The notes under the pieces: model-generated
The model's database searches: none
What the model saw: the letters and a program-made list of their open reading frames with translations, nothing else
Told to the model about the DNA's origin: nothing
From: Acidobacteriota bacterium
GTDB taxonomy: Bacteria > Acidobacteriota > UBA6911 > RPQK01 > JAJDTT01
DNA: 64,000 nt
NCBI GenBank assembly: GCA_965217775.1
Contig: CBDCJH010000002.1
Span: 1,856,001 to 1,920,000, forward strand
Reading direction: 5' to 3'
Part shown: positions 19,181 through 29,094 of the stretch, one piece after another
Position numbering within the stretch: position 1 is the first letter of the stretch
Layout of the letters: each line of letters opens with the position of its first letter
Translations under genes and position numbers: made by a program

Positions 19181-19537
19181 AAGAACGTGACTGTCCTCTT
19201 CTCGATACGCGGCATCTGAGAGAAGGTGACCGTCCCCCTTCTCATCTTTTGGGAGGCCTCTTCTCGAAAGAATCTCTGAAATCAAGTCTGTGAAGGTGTT
19301 CCGTCTTCGTGGACGGATTAGTAATACGGTTTCAACTGGTAGTTGTTGCAATACCCCTTCTATCGGTGGGGGTCAAGACTTCTATCTGTCAATGGACATC
19401 GAATATGTCACGGAAAGAACGTGGCTGCCCCCTTCTCGATACGTGTGTAATACGAGGGCCATTGTGTCTTTCCTATTTCGTGACTCCAGCGCTTTCCGAA
19501 TATGCGCTGCAAAGGTGGGGCCTCTCAACCATCAATT

Positions 19538-19828
19538 CTATACTTGCCCCGAAGACAGCAATGCGCGCTTGACGGCCTCTGGTTCCTTTGCGATCACACG
19601 TAGAAGAGTTGCAGCCGGTCCGCTGATCTGGCGCGTCCCTTGCTCCCATTTGCGGTAGCCGGAAAGACTCATGCCCATCAATGGCGCCATCTGCGCCTGT
19701 GTGAGCTTCGCCTGCTCCCGAACCTCGCGTGGAGTCACGGGAGAGTGGAGGACAGCGTAGCCATCTCCCTTTGCGTGAGCAACAGCTTCCTTGAGAGACT
19801 GGATCAGGTCGTCGCCAAATGTGCTCAT
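19538..19828 (-). CDS. HigA-type HTH (Xre) antitoxin
   Basis: FGDDLIQSLKEA...LTQAQMA..MGMSLSGYRKWEQG.RQISGPAATLL; ATGA overlap with the toxin gene. Confidence 0.9.
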   Translation of the reverse strand: MSTFGDDLIQSLKEAVAHAKGDGYAVLHSPVTPREVREQAKLTQAQMAPLMGMSLSGYRKWEQGTRQISGPAATLLRVIAKEPEAVKRALLSSGQV

Positions 19829-20163
19829 TTCATCCCCTTTCGGGCCGCCTTGAGTGCGGCTACGAGTTTTGAAACCGTGCGTCTTTCCTTCGGCGTCATG
19901 TCAGTTTTCGAGCTCTTCGCATAGGCAAGCAGTGCGTAAATCGGACTCGCTTTGTCCAAGTAGTAGTAGATCACTCGAGCCCCGCCTCGCTTGCCCCGTC
20001 CGGAGGCCGCGAAGCGCAGTTTCCGGACACCGCCGGTGCCCGGAATTTCATCCCCCGCCAGCGGATTCTCCGCGAGGAAGTTGATCAGTTCGTGTTTCTC
20101 ATCCTCACTGAACAGCTTGTCAGCCTGACGGGAGAACGTCGGAGTCTCGGCCACCGTTTGCAT
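19825..20163 (-). CDS. RelE/HigB family toxin
   Basis: ETPTF...NPLAGDEIPGTGGVRKLR..GRGKRGGARVIYY; TATAAT ~8 nt before the ATG suggests a leaderless transcript. Confidence 0.9.
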   Translation of the reverse strand: MQTVAETPTFSRQADKLFSEDEKHELINFLAENPLAGDEIPGTGGVRKLRFAASGRGKRGGARVIYYYLDKASPIYALLAYAKSSKTDMTPKERRTVSKLVAALKAARKGMK

Positions 20164-20432
20164 CGAACGACATTATATACCCCATTGGGTTAGTTTAGGC
20201 AGTCCCAATCCGTGCGATTGCGTGAGCTGGTCGAGAAGAAGGACGGTCAATTCAGACTTTGGTGAGGGAAAGGCGTCATCGCCCGTAATCGGGAGAAACC
20301 GGAAACGCGACTCGACTACAGAAACTCGACCACGCCGACCCAGAACGACCAGGGGCATGACTCGTGCGATCGGACTTGGCCCCGGACGTGACGCGGACGT
20401 GACCGAAAAAAAGTGACTGTCCCCTTCTCGAC

Positions 20433-20600
20433 GCTGAAGCGCATTGCGGGCAAACCGGTCCGGCTACGGCTGATGATGAAGGACGCCGACCTGTTTTCGC
20501 TGCGGTTTCGTTGATCTGGATGCGCTTGACATTGGCGTCAAGCTGAAGCCCTCTCCGCTCGTCTTGCGCGAACCGCGGAGAGCGGAACCGTCCCTTACTC
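20433..20600 (+). repeat. 3' end of the hydrolase gene plus downstream segment (matches ~14825-14989)
   Basis: LKRIAGKPVRLRLMMKDADLFSLRFR* followed by the same ~85-bp tail as at 14905-14989; bracketed by two junction motifs. Confidence 0.85.
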
Positions 20601-20605
20601 TTCCT

Positions 20606-21004
20606 TTACGTTCTCGCGTCCACACGGCGAAGGTTGCCGCCCCAGCTCAGGATGCGCTCATCGGCCGTGAGCAGACTGTGACCCCCCAGCGCAGTCGCGA
20701 CGATGATGCGGTCGGCTGGATCCGCGTGGAAGTCCTTCAGACTGTTGGCGCGGATGGCAATGTCGCCGTCTACCGGAATCTCGACGAGACCATCCTGGAG
20801 AAGCCGGGTTCGCCACGTTCTGACGTCCTCCAGCAGGCGGATGCGCCCCTTCTCGTGCAACAGAGCCACTTCCCAGAACGAAAACGCCGACGCCGCCAGT
20901 GTGGCTTCCCGTAGTCCCCGTTCCATCAGTCCTCTGGAAAGAGGCCCGATTTGCGGTCCGCCAAGTCTCGACCACAACAGTACGTGAGTGTCCACCAATA
21001 TCAC
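20606..21004 (-). CDS. vapC: VapC PIN-domain toxin
   Basis: VILVDTHVLLW..SAFSFWEVA..HADPADRIIVATA..LLTAD; GTGA overlap with the antitoxin stop. Confidence 0.9.
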   Translation of the reverse strand: MILVDTHVLLWSRLGGPQIGPLSRGLMERGLREATLAASAFSFWEVALLHEKGRIRLLEDVRTWRTRLLQDGLVEIPVDGDIAIRANSLKDFHADPADRIIVATALGGHSLLTADERILSWGGNLRRVDART

Positions 21005-21285
21005 GGATTGGCCACCCGGTCGGGGTTCACCTCGGCTTCCCACTCCAGGTCAATCGGGGAGATGATGTCGCCGATGATTTCGATCCTGTCTCGATCAGCT
21101 CCGAACCAATCCCCGAACCGCTTGCGGTAGGGCAGAAGGCGCGCGGTTGGGCGGCCATTTTTGGTGATCACGATCTCTTCTCCGCTTTCTGCCACTTCGT
21201 CCATCAGCCTGAGGCACGTGGCCTTGAACTCGGACGCCTTGATGGTACGTGATTCACTCGCTCCGTCTCGTTTGGGAACTACCAT
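21001..21285 (-). CDS. Phd/YefM antitoxin
   Basis: IKASEFKATCLRLMDEV..GEEIVITKNGRPTARL. Confidence 0.9.
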   Translation of the reverse strand: MVVPKRDGASESRTIKASEFKATCLRLMDEVAESGEEIVITKNGRPTARLLPYRKRFGDWFGADRDRIEIIGDIISPIDLEWEAEVNPDRVANP

Positions 21286-21329
21286 GGCGTCACACCCTTC
21301 CTCTTGCAGTATGGGATCTTACCATAGTC

Positions 21330-21343
21330 ATGACCATGGTCAT
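21330..21343. promoter_or_regulatory. Putative TA operator palindrome
   Basis: Perfect palindrome ATGACCATGGTCAT upstream of phd-vapC. Confidence 0.55.
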
Positions 21344-21397
21344 ATAATATACTGGTGTTCAGGTGACTCACAACTCTGAACACGGCGGTAGATTCGC

Positions 21398-21637
21398 ATG
21401 AACCGCACCCTACTTTCGCTCATCGAAGCCGAATACCTACGCTACAAGCTCCTCGGGGAACGTGCGAGCGAGGAGAACGGAACTTTCCCTTTTCTCTTCG
21501 TGAAGATCCTGAAGGGGTTCGTCGGAAAGGTAACCCATACACGGTACCAACTGACCCAAGAGGGAAAGCGAGGTCTCGCTGCCTACTGGAAACAGATTGA
21601 CGAGATTCGATCTCTTCCATCGCACATGACCCGATAG
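21398..21637 (+). pseudogene. Chimera: DinB/DUF1572-like N-terminus + junction motif + winged-HTH (HTH_34-like) C-terminus
   Basis: IEAEYLRYKLLGERA | motif 21473-21496 | KGFVGKVTHTRYQLTQEGKRGLAAYW. Confidence 0.6.
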
Positions 21638-21709
21638 GCAAGAAGACCCCTTGGCCTGGGATTGTCAATGGCTCCAGGAAGAAAGGACTGTCCCTTTCTG
21701 TTCCGCCCC

Positions 21710-22236
21710 TGGAGCTGACTCCGCAGGCGAAGTCCGAAGGTGTGAGCATCGTCGGCGGAAGTCGTGGAGCGGGCGTCGCCATGCTGGCCGGCATCCGCGA
21801 CGAGCGCATCGAGAACATCGTCGCCTTCTTCGGTCCCACCGACTTCTTCGACGACTGGGTGCGGCAAATCGTGCGCGAGGCGGTCCTGGGGCGTCCGCGC
21901 AAGCTCACGGGCGTGGCCCACATGGACTCCACTTTCGTTCAGCCCTACATGAGAGGCGAGATCGAACTGGCTGAGTTGCGCCTGGAGTTGGTGCGCCGCT
22001 CCTCCGTCCTGTTCGCCGAAGACCTGCCGGCCGTCCAGCTGCACCATGGCGATTCCGACGAGACCGTCGCCGTCAGCCAAGCGTACTCGATGATCCGTGC
22101 CATGGAGACCTTGGGACGCGAGCCTCCCGAGTTCGAGGTCTTCATCTATGAGGGTGGAGGACACGAGGTGTTCGGTCTAAGGGGTGCCATTCCGCGGGCG
22201 GTGAGGTTCCTGTGGCGTGCCCTGGGAAGGCAATAA
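21710..22236 (+). pseudogene. C-terminal part of an alpha/beta hydrolase (S9 peptidase-like), 5'-truncated
   Basis: GGSRG nucleophile elbow, HG..D, YEGGGH; no N-terminus; starts right after a junction motif. Confidence 0.7.
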
Positions 22237-22302
22237 AGTCGCTTATCGGGCTGACCTTTTGCCGGAGTTGGAGGAATCTTTCGGAGAGGGAGGTGACGTC
22301 AC

Positions 22303-22824
22303 GTGAAAACACGCCGCAAGTTCCCCGCCGGTACAGTCCTCGTCACGGCGATCCTGGGGGCAGTTTCTCTCAGCCCATCCGGAATGGCGCACGCGGGACC
22401 CGAGGACTACGAGCGCGTCTATTGGGACAAGGGAGACGCCAGGAAGGTCATCGCCCGCGCGACAGCAATTGACATGGGGAGCACCAGTGAGATGCTCCTT
22501 CGCATCACTGCAGTCGCATTCAATAACGAACCGAACAGAGACGAGACCACTTATGGCGTCTGGCTCACAGACGACGTCTGCTGGTCACTGGCTATTCTTG
22601 TGCAAGAGGAAGAACGACGGACCGATGAGGAGAAGGAGAAAATCTACGAGGCCTTCGTGGAAACGGGTGCATGCCGTGAAGCCCGACACCCCGCCCGAGC
22701 ACCGGGATTGGTATCCACAGGGGACAGACTCACCGACAACCGAAACGGAACAGCGGAAGAGTTCAAGATGATGGAGATGTATCCGGCTTGGAGATCTCCA
22801 CAGAAAAGCCTGCCGTCGCCCTAG
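22303..22824 (+). CDS. Hypothetical secreted protein (C-terminus possibly chimeric)
   Basis: GGAGGTGA RBS; signal peptide ending AHA. Confidence 0.5.
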   Translation: MKTRRKFPAGTVLVTAILGAVSLSPSGMAHAGPEDYERVYWDKGDARKVIARATAIDMGSTSEMLLRITAVAFNNEPNRDETTYGVWLTDDVCWSLAILVQEEERRTDEEKEKIYEAFVETGACREARHPARAPGLVSTGDRLTDNRNGTAEEFKMMEMYPAWRSPQKSLPSP

Positions 22825-23231
22825 GAGTTCCCCGTTCCCGCCCCTAGGAGCCTGCGCGGCAGAAATTGATCTACTGCGAAAGCGGTAGAATCGGTCCATA
22901 TTTCCTCGATTTCTCGGCGAATAGAACAACTATGCACCTCCAAATCGAGAAAATCTGGCCTCGATTCCCCACTTTCTCGCTACGATCATTTCTACCGCGC
23001 AGACTCCTAGCTTGGGCCAAAGACCAGGGGCCTATACCTGAATCCTCGTGTAGGGGAGATCTCTGCACTCTGGAGGACTTCCATTAACTGAAATTGTCAG
23101 ACGTAGACGGTTCGCACTTGATTCAGACTCTGCGCCGTCCGTGCGCTTTCCCGTCCGCTTCTGTCCCAATCCGATGAGCTCCCGCCGTTGGAAAAATCAC
23201 ATCTGTTTGTACCGTGTCGGACGATGAGCTC

Positions 23232-23321
23232 GGAGGAACCCTTGAAGCGGATCGCGGGCAAACCGGTTCAGCTGCGTCTGGTGATGAAAGACGCCAGTCT
23301 TTTTTCGTTGCGGTTCCGGTG
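23232..23321 (+). repeat. Further degenerate 3'-end copy of the hydrolase gene
   Basis: GAACCCTTGAAGCGGATCGCGGGCAAACCGGTTCAGCTGCGTCTGGTGATGAAAGACGCC matches ~5493-5579. Confidence 0.8.
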
Positions 23322-23602
23322 AAGTCGGTGGCGCTAACCCAATCAGCCTATTCGGTGTCATAGACGCCAGATGCGCGTTTGAATCCGAGTACTGCGATCC
23401 TGAATGGCCCACCAGTCGCAGCCACCGGAACTGCATCAAGCTTGGCGCACTAATCCGAAGTTTCAGAGATGAAGTCAAGTAACTCTCTCATTTGGAACGA
23501 CTTAGATATTTTCCTCCCATAGCCTGTCTGGCTACGCCAGGACGTCACTCCCAACTGTTGGAACGCCCGTCGCTGCAATTCGGCGGACCGGAGAGATCCG
23601 GG

Positions 23603-26600
23603 CTACGAGCCCTCCATCCCATCTTCTCCCTCCCGGATGCTCAAGTTGCCGTAGCGATGGTAATCACTACTGATGCTTTGCTCCCTGACGTACCAGAGCA
23701 ACTCCACCCGGCCCTGGATCAGTACCGGCGCCCGCGCCAAGTAAACCCCCGACGCGGCCGCCGCCCGGAACACGATCTCCGGCACCCGCTCCGGCGCCGC
23801 ATAGCGGACGCGGTCGGTCTCGGCTTCGCGGACCCGGCTCGCCAGCTCGTCGTCGCTTTCCTCGAAAAATTCGACACCCTCGTTCCACGATGCGGTCAAT
23901 TCCTGCAGCCAGTCGGTGGCCGGAGACCACCAGCCCCGGGGGAAACTTACCTTGGCCCGGCAGCCGACGGCCTTGGCCGCACAGACGCGTGCAAAGATCT
24001 CGAACAGTGAATCACGGGGATCCAGGCGGATTTGGAGCCGGCGGACGGGCAAATAGCGCCGCAGGTTGTCCTGGCCCACCAAACGGAAGTGGTCATGGGT
24101 ACGGCCGAATTCCTCTTGACTGTTGGTGCAGTAGCTCTCCAAGGCTGCCGCGACCCGAGGCAGTTCGTCCCCGTACGCGGCAACTCCGGGCGGACCCGGC
24201 TCTTGCAGGCGCCAACGGAGGTCGGCGAGATCGGGATCGGCGATTTCGAGAGCGCCGGCTCCAACTTCACCGTCCCGGAAGTCCATAAGCTGGGCCACGT
24301 AGTTGGGTCCTCCCGCCTTGATTCCGGGGCCAAAGGCGGACTTGCCCATGCCACCAAAGGGTTGGCGGAGCACGATGGCCCCGGTGGTCCCTCGGTTGAC
24401 GTAGAGGTTGCCCGCCTCGACGCGGTCGCACCAGTAAGATTGTTCGCGATCGTCCAGGCTCTCGAGGCCGGAGGTCAGGCCATACCCGGTCTGACGGATG
24501 AGGTCCAGGGCTTGGTCCAGGTTCTTCACCTCCATCACCCCCAGCACGGGGCCGAAGAGCTCGGTCAGGTGAGTGAAGCTCCCCGGCCGGACATCCCACT
24601 TGACCCCTGGGGAGTAGAGATATGGATTGCCTTGCAGCCGTCGGGGCATCACCGCCCAGGACTCGCCCGGCTCCAGTTCCTTGAGGCCGGTTTCCAGGGC
24701 ACCCGAGGGCGCGCGAATCAGGGGCCCCATCCTGGTCTGGAGGTCCCAGGCCGAGCCCACCTCCAGGCTCCGCACCGCGTCGCAGAGCGTCTCTTTGAAC
24801 CTCGGATCCCGGTAGACCTCCTCCTCGACCAGGAGCAGAGAGGTTGCCGAACACTTCTGTCCGCTGTGACTGAAGGCGGAGTGAACCACGTGGCTGACGG
24901 CCAACTCCCGGTCTCCAAGAGCGGTCAAGGTGGTAGCGTTCTTCCCCCCCGTCTCAGCCAGCAGATTCATATCCGGCGTGGCCCCCAGCATCCGCAGGGC
25001 GGTCTCGGTACCGCCGGTGAGGATGACGGCGTCCACCTCCGGGTGGGAGACCAGGCAGGATCCGGCAATCTCGTCGGAGCAGGAGACCATCTGCAGGGTC
25101 CGTGGGGAAACCCCGGCCCTCCAGAAGCAACGGCAAAGCTCGTGGGCCACCAGCACCGTGTCGGGGGCGGGCTTGAGGATGACCGTGTTCCCCGCCGCCA
25201 GGGCGGCGGCGATTCCGCCTCCCGGTATGGCGATGGGAAAGTTCCAGGGAGAAACGACGACCACGACACCCTTGGGCTTGACCTGCAGACCTGGAAGGTC
25301 GTGGAAGTAGCGGGCCGCCAAGTCGTAGAAAACGACGAAATCCACCACCTCACTGACCTCCGGGTCCGACTCGGACAGAGTCTTTCCGCCGTCCGCCAGG
25401 GCGGCGCCCATGAGGTCCCCGCGGCCCCGGCGCAATTCCCGCGCCACCGACGCCAGCACTCGGGAGCGCTCTTCGGCCGTCCTCGTGCGCCAGCCGTCGG
25501 TATCGTTTCGAGCGCAGGTCACTACCCGTTCGATGTCCTCCCGGTTGGCCAGTCGATAGCGGCCGACGACCAGGCCCGGCCGGGAGGGATCCCGGCAGTC
25601 ACGCAGCTCCCGATCCTGAAAGATCTCCTCCCCGTCCACGACCAGGGGAACTTCCACCTTGTGGTCGTGGTGGCGAGGTTTCCAGCGTTCGATGATCGCC
25701 CGGCCCCACTCGCGGTTGGCAGGCAGTGAGAAATCAGTATCCGGTTCGTTGACAAATCGTTTCCACGAGCTCGGGGGTGACGACACACGAGTCTCGGCCA
25801 GGCGATTCTGGACGCGTCGAGGCATCTCCGAAACCTCTTCGCGGTGACGAGAAGATTCGAGGAACCCCGCTTCCAGTCGTTTCCATTCCGGGCTGCCGGG
25901 GACCAGCTTGAAGGCGTACCTGAGGAAATTGTCGGGTCCCGTGTTCTCGTCCAGACGGCGAAAGAGGTATCCGACGGCGTTGACGAAGTCCTCTTTCCTG
26001 GTCGCCGGCGCATAGAGGAGGAGGTTTTGCGCCATTTCGAACAGGGCCCGGCGCTGGGCATTGGCCATCCCTTCCAGCATCTCGAACTGCACCCGGTCCA
26101 GGACGCCGGCCTCCGCAGCCAACAGCAGGGCGTACGAGACGTCGAAGAGGTTGTGTGAAGCCACCCCCAGCCGCACCGCCGCAATATTCTCCGGAGCCAG
26201 AGCTTCCTGCAGCATGCGCTTGTAGTTGGCGTCGGTCTCAAGCTTTGACTCGTACGGCGCTTGCTCCCAGCCCCGCAGGGACGCCTCCACACGTTCCATC
26301 TCCAGGTTGGCGCCCTTCACCAGCCGGATCGTTACCGGTGCTCCTCCGCTCTGCACCCGCTCCCTGGCCCAGGCGTTGATTCTCTTCTGGGCCAGGTATG
26401 AGTCGGGGAGGTAGGCTTGAAGAGCGATCCCCCCGCCGGCCTGCTGCAAGCCCTTGCGGTCGAGGGTCCGCAGAAAGACCTCTGTGGTCACCGCCAAGTC
26501 GCGATACTCCTCCATGTCGAGGTACACGAACTTGGGCACCACGCTGCCGTCTCGGCGTCGAAAGCGCCCTCTGGCCGCAGCCCGATAGAGCAGCTCCAGC

Positions 26601-27337
26601 CGGTCGCAAAGCACGGAGACGGTGTGCTCGAAGGCTAGAGTCGAGATCTGGGAGTAGATGGTGGAGACCTTGACCGAGATCACCTCGATCTCCGGGATCT
26701 GGAGCGCGCTCAGGTACAACTCCAAACGCCGCTGGGCGTCGGCTTCTCCCAGCAGGGCCTCTCCCAGGAAGTTGACGTTCATCCGTACCCCGCCGGTCCG
26801 GCGCGCCTCCAGGTGCCCGACCAGCAGGTCCTCCTCCGCGGGGAGGATGACGTTGGCGGTTTCTTCCCGCATCCTTTCCCGGACCAGCGGCGCCGCCACC
26901 TCCGGGAGGTAGCTGCCGAAGGAGTGAAACCCCTTGAGCAGAGTTCGATCCAGACCGCTGAAGAAGCGGGGGATTCCCTGGATGTCCAGGATGTGCAGGA
27001 TCTGGTCGACGGCGCGGCGCGGGTTGCTGGAGCGGAAGGCTTGGTCGGTGAGCTGGGTGAGGGTCGCTTTGTCGTGCGGACTCTGCACCATCCGCTCCAG
27101 TTCGGCCTGCTGCTTCTCTTCTTCGGGGGTTTGAAGCGTCGCCGCCTTTTCCTGAAGACACCGTGCCAGGAAGACGGCTTTCTGCGCCTGCTCCGAGTCG
27201 GGTGACCCGCGGTCCGGTCTGAACGATCCGAGAAGCTCGAGCAGTGACTTCTTCACGTGGGGATCCGTCGGAATATAAGATCTTGGACCAGGAGCCTCTT
27301 TTGGTGGCGCCCCCTCCACAGGATTAACAGCCCGCAT
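23603..27337 (-). CDS. putA: Bifunctional proline dehydrogenase / P5C dehydrogenase
   Basis: DMEEY, IRLVKGA, ASHN, RRLDEN (PRODH); SPWNFP, ETGGKN, GQKCSA, ELFGP (ALDH). Confidence 0.95.
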   Translation of the reverse strand: MRAVNPVEGAPPKEAPGPRSYIPTDPHVKKSLLELLGSFRPDRGSPDSEQAQKAVFLARCLQEKAATLQTPEEEKQQAELERMVQSPHDKATLTQLTDQAFRSSNPRRAVDQILHILDIQGIPRFFSGLDRTLLKGFHSFGSYLPEVAAPLVRERMREETANVILPAEEDLLVGHLEARRTGGVRMNVNFLGEALLGEADAQRRLELYLSALQIPEIEVISVKVSTIYSQISTLAFEHTVSVLCDRLELLYRAAARGRFRRRDGSVVPKFVYLDMEEYRDLAVTTEVFLRTLDRKGLQQAGGGIALQAYLPDSYLAQKRINAWARERVQSGGAPVTIRLVKGANLEMERVEASLRGWEQAPYESKLETDANYKRMLQEALAPENIAAVRLGVASHNLFDVSYALLLAAEAGVLDRVQFEMLEGMANAQRRALFEMAQNLLLYAPATRKEDFVNAVGYLFRRLDENTGPDNFLRYAFKLVPGSPEWKRLEAGFLESSRHREEVSEMPRRVQNRLAETRVSSPPSSWKRFVNEPDTDFSLPANREWGRAIIERWKPRHHDHKVEVPLVVDGEEIFQDRELRDCRDPSRPGLVVGRYRLANREDIERVVTCARNDTDGWRTRTAEERSRVLASVARELRRGRGDLMGAALADGGKTLSESDPEVSEVVDFVVFYDLAARYFHDLPGLQVKPKGVVVVVSPWNFPIAIPGGGIAAALAAGNTVILKPAPDTVLVAHELCRCFWRAGVSPRTLQMVSCSDEIAGSCLVSHPEVDAVILTGGTETALRMLGATPDMNLLAETGGKNATTLTALGDRELAVSHVVHSAFSHSGQKCSATSLLLVEEEVYRDPRFKETLCDAVRSLEVGSAWDLQTRMGPLIRAPSGALETGLKELEPGESWAVMPRRLQGNPYLYSPGVKWDVRPGSFTHLTELFGPVLGVMEVKNLDQALDLIRQTGYGLTSGLESLDDREQSYWCDRVEAGNLYVNRGTTGAIVLRQPFGGMGKSAFGPGIKAGGPNYVAQLMDFRDGEVGAGALEIADPDLADLRWRLQEPGPPGVAAYGDELPRVAAALESYCTNSQEEFGRTHDHFRLVGQDNLRRYLPVRRLQIRLDPRDSLFEIFARVCAAKAVGCRAKVSFPRGWWSPATDWLQELTASWNEGVEFFEESDDELASRVREAETDRVRYAAPERVPEIVFRAAAASGVYLARAPVLIQGRVELLWYVREQSISSDYHRYGNLSIREGEDGMEGS

Positions 27338-27556
27338 CGTCAGTTTCTCCCGCATTCCCTTCTCTAACAACCCGCAGCCGGTTGGCTCGAGTGCTCGAGG
27401 CGGTTCCTTCCAACCGTTTCTACCACCGGCCCGCATTTCTCACCGGGGCTTGCACTCTTGAGAAGAGTGTAGAGATGGCGCAGAGTTTTTCCCGTAAGCG
27501 CCAGTTCGCGTCCGCAAAACGGTGCACCGCACTGTCCCCTTCTCTTCATTCGCCGC

Positions 27557-29094
27557 CTGAAGCTCCCGACTCTGATCGACCCCAAGGGCTCGCGCCAGCG
27601 CAACTTGGTGCTGGCCCTGATCATTCAGCGTTTGTTGCATCCCGCCTCCAAGCTGGCCACCACCCGGCTCTGGCACACCACCACCCTGGCCTCCGAGCTC
27701 TCCCTGCAGGACGCCGACGAGGACGACCTGTACGGGGCCATGGACTGGTTGCTCCAACGTCAGAATCGGATCGAGAAGAAGCTGGCCCGGCGGCACCTGG
27801 CCGAAGGCGATCACGTGCTTTACGACCTCTCGAGCAGTTACTACGAAGGCCACACCTGTTCCTTGATGCGATTCGGCCACAGCCGAGACGGCAAACGCGG
27901 CCGGCCCATCGTCGTCTACGGGGTAATGGCCGATGCGGCGGGTTGTCCGGTGGCGATCCAAGCGTATCCCGGCAACACGGGGGATCCGGTCACGGTGCCG
28001 GATCAAGTCGAGAAGTTACGCCAGCGGTTCGGGTTGAAGCGGGTGGTGCTGGTGGGGGACCGGGGGCTGCTGACCGAGACTCAGATCAAGCATCTGAAGC
28101 GGCATCCGGGACTGGGGTGGATCTCGGCCCTGCGCCATGAGGCCATTCGCCAACTGGTGGACGCCCAAGAGGTTCAACCCTCGCTCTTTGACGAGCGTCA
28201 CTTGGCGGAGATCCGGACCGAGGCCTATCCGGGCGAACGGCTCGTCGTCTGTTACAACCCGATGCTGGGGGAGTATCGGCGGGGCAAACGCCAGGACCTG
28301 TTGGCGGAGACGGAGAAGAAGTTGGCCCGGATCGCCCGGGAGGTGGCGCGACGGACCAAGACACCCTTGCTGGCGACCGAGATCGCGGTGAAGGTGGGTC
28401 GGATCAAGAACCGGTACAAGGTGGCCAAGCACTTCGAGATGGTGATCGAAGACGGGCGCTTCGAATACGCCCGGCGCACCGAAGCCATCGCGCGGGAGGC
28501 GCAATTGGACGGGTTCTACATCCTGCGCACCAGCGAACCGGAAGAGCGGTTGGCGACGGCCGATGTGGTGCGCAGCTACAAGAACCTGACGAACGTGGAG
28601 CGGGCCTTCCGCTCACTCAAGACGGTGGACTTGCAGATCCGTCCCATCCGTCACCGGGCCGAGACGCGGGTGCGGTCGCACCTGTTCCTGTGCCTGCTGG
28701 CCTACTACGTCCAGTGGCATCTGCGGCGAGCCCTGGCTCCGTTGCAGTTCGATGACGAGGACTTGGAGGCGCACCGCGCTCGACGGGACCCGGTGCTGAA
28801 AGCCGAGCCGTCGGCCTCGGCCAAACGGAAAAAGACGAAGCGGGAAACCGAGGACGGACTGCCGCTTCACAGCTTCAAGACACTGATGGCGGAGATGGCG
28901 ACGCGTGCCCGTCACCAGTGCCGAACCGCCTCGGACCCGGACGGTCCGAGGCTGCAACGATTGACGGAACCGACGCCGCTGCAGCGACGGGCGCTGGAGT
29001 TGGTCAAGGTGTTCCCAGTGGACAACTAGTCCGCTTCGTGAGTTGTCCCTTTAGAATCAAGGAGTTATCTTGTCTCTGGGTCTGGAACTTCGGG
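27557..29094 (+). mobile_element. IS1634-family element, 5'-truncated; transposase reading frame ends at 29029
   Basis: LYDLSSSYYEG, GHSRDGK, VGDRG, VERAFRSLK, IRPIRH; right end ...GGAACTTCGGG; left end and N-terminus absent, replaced by a junction motif. Confidence 0.9.

Noticed and set aside
27494-27530. IS66-like terminus GTAAGCG
   Set aside because: Only a 7-bp match, with no partner end and no IS66 genes.
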